A DNA stretch of 32,000 nucleotides from Candidatus Saccharimonadota bacterium (GTDB lineage Archaea; Micrarchaeota; Micrarchaeia; Micrarchaeales; Micrarchaeaceae): contig OY970071.1 in NCBI GenBank assembly GCA_963705375.1, positions 270,001-302,000 on the forward strand, in the 5' to 3' direction. Positions 24,849 through 32,000 of this stretch are shown piece by piece (position 1 is the first letter of the stretch; the number at the start of each line of letters is the position of its first letter). A model generated the notes under the pieces. It was not told the origin of the DNA and made no database searches. It worked only from the letters and a program-made list of their open reading frames with translations. The translations under genes and the position numbers were made by a program.

Positions 24849-26294
24849 TTACGCAGGCAAACCACGGATATCTAGTTTTCTGTTTTCGTAGCGTGTGATT
24901 TGGTCATATTCTATTCTCTCTGGAGGTTTAATTCCATAAGTTTCTTGTAGTATCTCCCAAGTAGACTGTCTTGATCTGTTGTCATATCGCCTATAGCATA
25001 GAGAACCCAGAAGAACACTTCTGCCTACTGTAATTGTTGTAGAGGTGCCTTCTATCTTTCTGAGTTTCTCAACTAGATTTTCAAACTCTCTTTCGTCTGT
25101 TACTGGCACTAGGAACATTACGCCATATGGTGCCGCCACGTCTCCAACAAGAGCATATTTGTTTATCAATTTTGGAACCCCTTCTACAATATCCTGTAAA
25201 AGTGTTTTTCTCCCTTTCTTAAATCCCAATGCATTTGTAACAACCATCTGCAATATTCCGACGTATTTTATAGGTAGTTTCTGCATCGCGATTGTTATTC
25301 TGTGTATTTTGCCGCTCGATCTCAGTTGATGATACGTGTACTGCGACCTTCCTTTGTCAAAACCATATTTCTTATCTATTTCTATAAAATCTTCTTTGCC
25401 GTTTGCGCTCAGTTCTCTTAGGACTGCATACTCTCTTTGTGTTATCTGATTATGGTCTGGCCTTGGCCGTTCACCTGTCCTGTGCCATATTCTATTTTTA
25501 AGTACGTCCTCGAAGAATTCGTCGCGAATAGGAGCGCAGCCATACGTCCTAAGAAATGGCGTAAATGTCCATTTCACGTCAAAGCTGGGAAAGAGATTCT
25601 GTTCCAAGTTTTGCAGAATATTTCTCCGTAGATACTCTTCTTTTTCCACCAAAAGGTAAAGCATGATGTCGTAAGCTCCGCTGGTGATGATTGCATGCTG
25701 AATGCGCGGTTCTTTACATACTTCTTTCTTAATTTTTTCAGCATTCGGAATGTCTCCTTCAAATTTTATGAACGCAAGATACTCCTCATACCCTATGCTG
25801 TCCGGCTCAACAAATGCAGTGTACTTGATATCGAACCGCTTCTCCAATCTCTGTATCCTATAGTTTATGTCTTCTTTTTTTATTCCCATTATCTTCTTCA
25901 TGTATGGTGCCTCTATCCTGCCGTTCATGCTGAGTGCCATCAGTATCTTCTTGTCGTCTTCGTCGAGACTGTCTGATGCTTTTGCTGTGATGGTTGCAGG
26001 TTTTTCTTGTATTGTCTCGGCACTTGCAACCGTTCCAGTGTATGCCTCGATTATCGCCCGTGCGTTCTCTAATTCGTCCTCTTTGGTCATTACTTTCTTT
26101 ATGAATGCCCCGTCTTCCCTTATCTTTCCTAAGTATTCTGATATCGTCTTGGACTTATTTACCCCTTTAATATATGAAGAGGTCTGCTTGTAAACATAAT
26201 ACCCTGTTCCGACCTTGTTTAAGCTGAGATACCCTTCGTGTTCGTGCCTCAGTTTGTTTAGTGTGTCAATGACTTTCTGTGGTACGCCCTCCAA
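24849..26294 (-). CDS. Transcriptional regulator with two tandem Lrp/AsnC-like (HTH + RAM) modules
   Basis: Module 1 is DEDDKKILMALSMNGRIEAPYMKKIMGIKKEDINYRIQRLEKRFDIKYTAFVEPDSIGY…SGAYDIMLYL. Module 2 is ITQREYAVLRELSANGKEDF…YHQLRSSGKIHRITI…. Confidence 0.7.
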   Translation of the reverse strand: MEGVPQKVIDTLNKLRHEHEGYLSLNKVGTGYYVYKQTSSYIKGVNKSKTISEYLGKIREDGAFIKKVMTKEDELENARAIIEAYTGTVASAETIQEKPATITAKASDSLDEDDKKILMALSMNGRIEAPYMKKIMGIKKEDINYRIQRLEKRFDIKYTAFVEPDSIGYEEYLAFIKFEGDIPNAEKIKKEVCKEPRIQHAIITSGAYDIMLYLLVEKEEYLRRNILQNLEQNLFPSFDVKWTFTPFLRTYGCAPIRDEFFEDVLKNRIWHRTGERPRPDHNQITQREYAVLRELSANGKEDFIEIDKKYGFDKGRSQYTYHQLRSSGKIHRITIAMQKLPIKYVGILQMVVTNALGFKKGRKTLLQDIVEGVPKLINKYALVGDVAAPYGVMFLVPVTDEREFENLVEKLRKIEGTSTTITVGRSVLLGSLCYRRYDNRSRQSTWEILQETYGIKPPERIEYDQITRYENRKLDIRGLPA

Positions 26295-26812
26295 CTACCC
26301 ACCGTAATAATTTGCAGTCGTTCTGATATATAAAGGTATTTTGGACTCCGACAGATGTCTATATATTTCATAAAGGGGAAACTCCCTTTTAAAATCACCA
26401 ATAAGCCCTGTTTTTGGTACAATGTTTAAGTGGTGAGCACAGAAAGCGAGGTCTTCCATATATACCACGTGCGACGTATAATATGCCCGTGGTGGGCGAA
26501 TGGAATGGGAAGATGCAGACTACAGTTCAAATTCGCGTCCTGAATCAAATCCCAAGGTAAGTATTCACCCATCTTACCACATAGGTCTCCAAACCACTTC
26601 GGCAGCGGGAGAGTCGGTCTCGCTGCCATACCTTTTAAGGAAATCTCCGGCGCTTTTAAGGACTTGATGCTTGGTGGGCGAATGAATCCGATAAGATTGT
26701 GGATGGAAAGGAAGCGGCTTGTGCAGGATGCGCAGGCGAATGAGCAAAGACCTGTAAAATGGGTCAAGGAAGGCATGAACTCGTGGAGAGTCGTGTACTC
26801 GGACTGCGCCGA

Positions 26813-27118
26813 ATGAACTGTGATGGTGGGCGTGTGAAGAACAAATCAAACAGAGCGAGAAGAGCGAAGCGCATCTCCGGGCGTTTCGGGTTCGTGTTCA
26901 TCGATCCTGAAGAGAACGCCGATGCAAATGCAGTTGCAGAGAAACTGATTGCAATAGAGAACGTGGAGGAGGTGTTCGTCACAGAAGGGGATTATGGCTA
27001 CTTGGTGAAGGTGCGCCTCGATGATGAAACAGACGGCAAGAAGTTCCTCGATTACATGAAGCGGAACGTTTCGCCGCGGCTCGGGTCTGTCACGAGCTAT
27101 TATTCGATAAAGAGGTGA
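26813..27118 (+). CDS. Stand-alone RAM (Lrp/AsnC ligand-binding-like) domain protein
   Basis: FGFVFIDPEENADANAVAEKLIAIENVEEVFVTEGDYGYLVKVRLDD matches the RAM pattern. The ORF opens at 26759 and the start is uncertain. Confidence 0.6.
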   Translation: MNCDGGRVKNKSNRARRAKRISGRFGFVFIDPEENADANAVAEKLIAIENVEEVFVTEGDYGYLVKVRLDDETDGKKFLDYMKRNVSPRLGSVTSYYSIKR

Positions 27119-27323
27119 ACCGTCAGCGAAAACCATGCTGCACTATACACGATAACGTAATAATACAACGCCCAAGCTGGGACAGGATTTATTATCTAGT
27201 CGGAGGAGTCAAACTCGCGGCAGCCTCTGACGTAAGCGAATCTGTGGCAAAACTTGATGTGAACGAAAATCAGAGCGCGAGCGAATAGGGCAGGTATTTT
27301 ATTCCTTTTATGCGCTTCATGAA

Positions 27324-27902
27324 ATGTGTTTTGCGATGCTGTCTAAAAAGATTTACCATATGGTGCTGCTCGCCAACATATTCTTCGGATTGGGTATAGG
27401 ACTTTACGGTCCGGTGTACGCAATATTCGTGAAGGACCTTGGCGGCAGCCTGATAGACATAGGCGTGGCGTATTCTATACTGCTGATACTGCAGGGGCTG
27501 CTTGTGATACCGTTCGGAGAGCTTACCGACAGGTACGGAGTAAGGCTTCTTTCGATAACTTCTACGCTCTTCTTTGCCATAGCCGCATTCCTGTATGCGC
27601 TTTGGGTGAAAGACGTGTTTTCTGTCTTCGTTGTGCAGGCGATCATAGGTATCAGCACCGCGGCAGGATCGCCGTCTTGGCCTCTTATGCTGTTCAATGC
27701 AAGTGGAAAGAGTAGAAAAGCGCTGAAGTACGGCATACTGCAATCAGGCATGTATGTCGGGGAAGGCATAGCAGGGATTGCTGGATCTGCGATTGCGGCA
27801 TACATAAGCTTTCAGGCGCTGTTTGTTAGCGTGGGCGTTCTGCTGCTTGCGTCGGCCTTCTTCATAGGCATAATAAAGCCAGATAAACTGACACAATTAT
27901 GA
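27324..27902 (+). CDS. Half-size (6-TM) MFS transporter, probably a 5'-truncated remnant
   Basis: Six hydrophobic helices are present, along with the MFS loop motif GELTDRYGVRLL. The upstream in-frame sequence has no TM helices and reaches a stop at 27255. Confidence 0.55.
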   Translation: MCFAMLSKKIYHMVLLANIFFGLGIGLYGPVYAIFVKDLGGSLIDIGVAYSILLILQGLLVIPFGELTDRYGVRLLSITSTLFFAIAAFLYALWVKDVFSVFVVQAIIGISTAAGSPSWPLMLFNASGKSRKALKYGILQSGMYVGEGIAGIAGSAIAAYISFQALFVSVGVLLLASAFFIGIIKPDKLTQL

Positions 27903-27972
27903 GTCTGCATGCAGCATTCGCACAAGAAACGCGAGCAAGCTGCGCTAGAGCATATTGCCACCTGCCCCTTTT

Positions 27973-28057
27973 ATCGGTTGCATTGAACATCAATAACCAC
28001 TGAAGAATTGCATTCAGTTGCATCCTGTGGCGTTTGAGAATGCAGTTTGTAGTCGAC
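27973..28057 (+). repeat. Orphan copy of the att upstream arm, lacking the tRNA-derived core
   Basis: atcggttgcattgaa…catcctgtggcgtttgagaatgcagtttgt matches 24545-24620. It then diverges (agtcgacaaacaaatt) where copy 2 carries the tRNA 3' end. Confidence 0.75.
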
Positions 28058-28161
28058 AAACAAATTAATGCGAATATTTGTCGTCGGAAAAGTCGCGAGT
28101 TCACATCCCTTACTTTTCAGTTTTATGGAATGCTACTGTTCGGTGTAGGTGTTGCCAATCG

Positions 28162-29361
28162 TTACACGTGCCAGATTACAGCCAGAATGCCGAGGACACC
28201 CCCTATCACTATGACTGCCGAAGCAAGCCAGAACAGATACCTGCCAGGACGGCCTAGGGCGTGGCCATTCATCACCTTGTTGTCGGAAACCAGCCTTCCC
28301 AGGAAGTACAGCGAAGGTATGATTATTATCGTGTACACGACCATTAGGCTGAGCATCAGCTGTATGTAGCTCGTTATGAAAAGCACCAGCACCAGCGCAG
28401 GAATGCTTTCGGTCAGATACACTGTAAGGAATGATGATTTTGACTTCAGGTCCAGCGCTTCCAGTACCCCCCAAGCAGAACCCAGAGAGATGACTACGAG
28501 CGCCAGGAAGCCTGCGAACACAAAGCCTATCCCCATGAACAGTGAGGCGTAAGGGCCAAACAGGGAGATTGCCTTTGAAAGGGTTTTTATGTTTATCAGG
28601 CCACCCCCGTTCGCAAGGTGCAGGCCGTCCACTACGATCAGCGCCATAAGAATCTCAGATACAACGGCGCCAAGCAAAGTCTCTATGCGCTCGTTCTTCA
28701 AGTCCTTCGGCATTTTCTTCCTGCGCGAGTCTGCCCCGGAGTGGAAGTACAGCATCCAAGGCATGATAACTGCACCTATGCTAGCCGCTAGAAGATAGTC
28801 GAAGGAAGCATTGCCGTATGGCTGTATCGGTGACAGTCCCAATGAGACAAACTTGCTTATGTCGAAGCGGAACACGAAAGTCGACGCGACGATTGCAGCC
28901 ACAAGCACGAAGCTGACAGGGATCAGCACCATCTCCGCATGCTTGTATTCTTTCCTTATCACCACGACGGTGTGAAGCAGGAACGCAAGAAGAAGGCCGA
29001 ATATCACGGGAATCCCGAGCATGCCCATGCCTATCGCTATGCCTGCATACTCCGCCACATACTCCAGGAAGTCGCTGATTCCCATAGGTATCGCGGCAAT
29101 CAAAGCGGTTTTCTTCCCGAAGTGCTTCCTTATCGCTTCGCCAAGGCCGAGGCCTGACGCGATCCCAAGCATGCCTGCAGCATCCTGGATCAGGAAGAGC
29201 GGTATCGTCAGTGCGAGCATTATGAATACAAGCCGATAGCCCCAGCTCGCGCCAGCCTGCAATGCGGTGATAATGGATGCAACGTCTATGTCTGCCATCA
29301 TCACAAGCCAGGCTGGACCGAAATTACTCAGCCAGCTAGAAAGTCTAGACCTGCCCTTCAC
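28162..29361 (-). CDS. NRAMP-family metal ion transporter, divergent in its metal-site motifs
   Basis: GPAWLVMMADIDVASIIT…GASWGYRLVF resembles NRAMP TM1 and GAVIMPWMLYFHSG resembles TM6. The protein is 399 aa and polytopic. Confidence 0.75.
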   Translation of the reverse strand: MKGRSRLSSWLSNFGPAWLVMMADIDVASIITALQAGASWGYRLVFIMLALTIPLFLIQDAAGMLGIASGLGLGEAIRKHFGKKTALIAAIPMGISDFLEYVAEYAGIAIGMGMLGIPVIFGLLLAFLLHTVVVIRKEYKHAEMVLIPVSFVLVAAIVASTFVFRFDISKFVSLGLSPIQPYGNASFDYLLAASIGAVIMPWMLYFHSGADSRRKKMPKDLKNERIETLLGAVVSEILMALIVVDGLHLANGGGLINIKTLSKAISLFGPYASLFMGIGFVFAGFLALVVISLGSAWGVLEALDLKSKSSFLTVYLTESIPALVLVLFITSYIQLMLSLMVVYTIIIIPSLYFLGRLVSDNKVMNGHALGRPGRYLFWLASAVIVIGGVLGILAVIWHV

Positions 29362-29493
29362 ATATGCGCCCCATGGCCGGGAGCGCGTCCTTCATTTTCG
29401 GACTCCATACTAACTGTTCGGAATCAATATGTATTAACCTTGTTGTTGCGGTGCCGAACTTTCCTACAATATCTCTGAGAATAGCGGACGGTC

Positions 29494-29853
29494 TTGACGC
29501 ATGGTATGGATTTAAATGTTGCCAGACATGAATTCCAAATCGGTGTTTGCTTGTTGATCAGGCGGATAAAGGAACCTGGGAAGCTCATTGCCTTTTCGGA
29601 AGGGCACCAGTTTAGATCAGGGTGTGTCGTGTTAGAACCTGGTGGAGAGGTTGGCGAGCACGCAACAGAAACAGGACAGGAACTAATCATAATACTCGAA
29701 GGGATCGCTACTGTGATCGCAGATGGAGAGCGCGGCGAAGCAACTGCGCCTTCAGAGGTACTCATCCCGATCCATACAATACATAATATAAAAAATGAGT
29801 TTCACAAGCCGCTAAAATACATCTACATAGTTTCGACAAACAAAAATCAGTAA
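29494..29853 (+). CDS. Cupin-domain protein
   Basis: GCVVLEPGGEVGEHATETGQELIIILEGIATVIADGE…VLIPIHTIHNIKN shows the cupin motifs G(x)5H.H…E and …H. Confidence 0.7.
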   Translation: MTHGMDLNVARHEFQIGVCLLIRRIKEPGKLIAFSEGHQFRSGCVVLEPGGEVGEHATETGQELIIILEGIATVIADGERGEATAPSEVLIPIHTIHNIKNEFHKPLKYIYIVSTNKNQ

Positions 29854-29945
29854 ACTCCGGATGATGAAGCAGGAAAGTCCAGAAGCGAGCCATGCCAAGC
29901 ACAATAAACGCAATAAAGGAAAAATAATTTCATATGATGCTGCGT

Positions 29946-30028
29946 CATATTATGCCGAGTTGTTCGCACATTAAACCTAAAGCGCAGATAACGGTGGGAG
30001 CACCAGTGGTCTTTGACAGTCTTTGAAG
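29946..30028 (+). repeat. att-like copy 3: an 11-bp tRNA-Glu 3' end with arms
   Basis: cggtgggagca (29992-30002) is followed by ccagtggtctttgacagtctttgaag. The upstream arm catattatgccgagttgttcgcacattaaacctaaagcgcagataa is shared with 31529-31575. Confidence 0.8.
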
Positions 30029-30161
30029 TTGTTAGTGCTCGTGCCTTGAAGAGGTCAGTTATTTCATGTTTATTGGCATAACCAGCGGACGATGCTATCA
30101 TTCAAACCTTCTGCGCGGGGAAAGCATTATTAAATCGAAATCGAAGGAATAGACATGTCAA

Positions 30162-30992
30162 ATGCCAGTACCGACTGATAGCATGGAATTGGTCTTCAAC
30201 ACGAACAAGCACCTACGAAAGTTGGTGGCAGTCTGGGATCTTTTTGGGCCTCCTGACGCTCCCGCCAACCGGCTTGACCCGCGTTTCTTCGGAAAAGATT
30301 TCAACACCTCTGCTGCCATCTCGGCAGAGATGCGAAAGTACGAAAAGGGCGACCTGTGGGTTGCGTTTCTGGATAAGAACATGCATGAAAGCGAAAATGC
30401 AGCAAGGTTCCCTGACTTAAGGGACATGCTCACCACCTTAAACATTCCCATGGAGGATGACGATAGCAAATTCTTCAAAGAAGTAAAGGCATCCTTGGTG
30501 GCCGATTTCAAGAAACATGAGGAAGATATCGAAGTGTGGCTGGAGCGCATATTCGGGTTCAAACTACCCGTAGAAGTTAATCTGGTGGTTGACCACTATT
30601 ATGCCAAGAATACCGGAGGTTCTAGCTTATCGTCAGACCCGGCTATTGTATCATTACGAATGAGAGAGTATGCCAATGAGTATGTGGGAGTGCTCTTGCA
30701 TGAACTTTTGCATTCACTGGTAAGGAAAGCAAAGATATTTGCCACTTCAAGCATGGGAAATGGCAGTTTCGAGGAGGCACTTCTGGACTATTTCGCCCCG
30801 GCAGGATTGCTTGACTGGAAAGCAGGCCTGATTGCGTCTTTAGACGTGATAGAACATCAGAGGCGCTGCGAACGACTTAGGCCTTATGCTTCAGGAAATT
30901 CAAGAATGCTATTGCCGTTTATCCAAGAGTACTCTACTATATGCGGCGAGAAGACCATCTGGCAGTTCCTGAAAGAGAAGAGCATCATATGA
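30162..30992 (+). CDS. Hypothetical protein with an HExxH motif, a putative zinc metallopeptidase
   Basis: It is a 276-aa ORF containing VGVLLHELLHSLV. I recognise no other motif. Confidence 0.5.
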   Translation: MPVPTDSMELVFNTNKHLRKLVAVWDLFGPPDAPANRLDPRFFGKDFNTSAAISAEMRKYEKGDLWVAFLDKNMHESENAARFPDLRDMLTTLNIPMEDDDSKFFKEVKASLVADFKKHEEDIEVWLERIFGFKLPVEVNLVVDHYYAKNTGGSSLSSDPAIVSLRMREYANEYVGVLLHELLHSLVRKAKIFATSSMGNGSFEEALLDYFAPAGLLDWKAGLIASLDVIEHQRRCERLRPYASGNSRMLLPFIQEYSTICGEKTIWQFLKEKSII

Positions 30993-31170
30993 CGCTTCTG
31001 CCGTGCGACGCTGCATTAATTTGGGATCCTAAAACTTCCACTAAAGACAAAAATACAGAGCGCTTTTTAATCTTTCATACTATCAAAAGCGTGCTGTGAA
31101 TGCGTAACTGACCAGACGCATCAAGTACCACAGCAAGCACCATTTAGGCGACATTTATAGAGGGACCGTT

Positions 31171-31479
31171 ATGGATATACGTAGCAGCAGGCTTCGCTTA
31201 AGCACCGAACACAAAGAGTTCATTAAGGACCTGACGACCTTGATGGTCGGTTATACCCCCGTTTCAGGCGCAGTTGGCATCATAACATTCGGCAATAAAT
31301 GGTTTGGGCAAAAGAGATCACTCCACCGTACGGTTGAATATATGGTGGAATATGTAAAAGAGTGCAACAGAAAGAGCTACATAAAAAAACGTAGTAGAAG
31401 GATAGGCGAGGCGCATAGGAAGCTGGGCAATAAGTATCACCCGAATGAGAATATGGCCATTAAGAATATTGTAAAATGA
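31171..31479 (+). CDS. Hypothetical basic protein
   Basis: It is a 102-aa ORF with no recognised motif. Confidence 0.4.
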   Translation: MDIRSSRLRLSTEHKEFIKDLTTLMVGYTPVSGAVGIITFGNKWFGQKRSLHRTVEYMVEYVKECNRKSYIKKRSRRIGEAHRKLGNKYHPNENMAIKNIVK

Positions 31480-31528
31480 ATAGCACATCTCACACACGCC
31501 AACTCAGAAGAATTGCATGCTGTTGCAC

Positions 31529-31606
31529 CATATTGTGCCGAATTATTCGCACCCGAAACTTAAAGCGCGGATAACGTGGAGGCGCCTTGTTTAAAGTTCA
31601 AATCTC
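31529..31606 (+). repeat. Degenerate att-like copy 4
   Basis: catattgtgccgaattattcgcacccgaaacttaaagcgcggataacgtggaggcgcc aligns at about 80% identity with copy 3. In addition, agttcaaatctc (31595-31606) is identical to the T-arm of tRNA-Glu (6652-6663). Confidence 0.6.
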
Positions 31607-31678
31607 TACAAAAATCAAAGGCACCTAAGCATAGTGTGCTCGGATTTCTAGGATACTGCCATGAATGAAAGAGCAGTG

Positions 31679-31990
31679 TTATTTTATGCCTAGAGCAGCA
31701 AGAATGCTTGTGGTTACTCTTTTTATCCAGCTTGTTTTATTGGGCTGTTTGACAGAGGTGTCAATGCTGTTGTCTCTTGCTTGAGTTCCGAAAGTTAGAA
31801 TATCGGCAGATGGGAGCGTTCCTTGAATTTCTTGACTCATATTCGGACTATCGACAGAGAGGGATACTCCTTGCATTTCTTGGTCCATATTTGGACTATC
31901 GACAGATGGAAGAGTTCCTTGCATTACTTGGCCCATATTGTGTTGATTTAGCCACAGATCCCCTGTTCCGCTTAGTCTTAAGGACATCAT
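31679..31990 (-). CDS. Hypothetical repeat protein
   Basis: It is a 103-aa ORF containing three 16-aa repeats (SPNMDQEMQGVSLSVD-like). Confidence 0.4.
   Translation of the reverse strand: MMSLRLSGTGDLWLNQHNMGQVMQGTLPSVDSPNMDQEMQGVSLSVDSPNMSQEIQGTLPSADILTFGTQARDNSIDTSVKQPNKTSWIKRVTTSILAALGIK
31802..31945. repeat. Three tandem 48-bp repeats
   Basis: The units are atcggcagatgggagcgttccttgaatttcttgactcatattcggact, atcgacagagagggatactccttgcatttcttggtccatatttggact and atcgacagatggaagagttccttgcattacttggcccatattgtgttg. Confidence 0.8.
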
Positions 31991-32000
31991 ATTGAAACTA

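Noticed and set aside
26426-26849. Minus-strand ORFs 26426..26776 and 26574..26849, and short plus-strand ORFs in the Lrp intergenic gap
   Set aside because: They overlap one another, are Cys/Ser/His-rich with no motifs, and the plus-strand candidates are only 25-49 codons. I treat the region as non-coding or regulatory.

Overview
This window looks archaeal. Several surface proteins carry class III (type IV pilin-like) signal peptides (…QSAMEYLMTYGWAIL…), and TATA-like boxes sit about 26-30 nt upstream of start codons, as expected for leaderless transcripts. All calls come from reading the sequence and the ORF track; no database search was run.

Layout:
- 1-5.4 kb: a tandem family of pilin-fused surface adhesin genes. 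An IS200/IS605 tnpA-only element interrupts it, and a decayed dcd 3' fragment marks a segmental duplication.
- 5.4-6.7 kb: housekeeping genes dcd and tmk, then tRNA-Glu(UUC).
- 6,682-21,696: the main feature, a complete ~15-kb casposon. It is bounded by perfect 54-bp terminal inverted repeats and an 11-bp target-site duplication whose first 3 nt are the last 3 nt of the tRNA. Its core is RHH/HTH genes, an HNH nuclease, a family B DNA polymerase and a convergent Cas1 (casposase) with a C-terminal HTH. Its cargo is unusually rich: a secreted glycoprotein / coiled-coil / transglutaminase-like surface module, a type II R-M system, and a PD-(D/E)xK nuclease / RHH / UDG-like operon.
- 21.7-32 kb: copies of the tRNA-Glu 3' end with conserved flanking arms recur at about 23.36, 24.63 and 29.99 kb, with degenerate copies at about 28.0 and 31.55 kb. 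This suggests a tandem graveyard of integrated elements, and no integrase gene is visible. The segments carry HNH/SAP, SHOCT, Lrp-like, a half MFS transporter, a divergent NRAMP, cupin and HExxH genes.

There is no CRISPR array.
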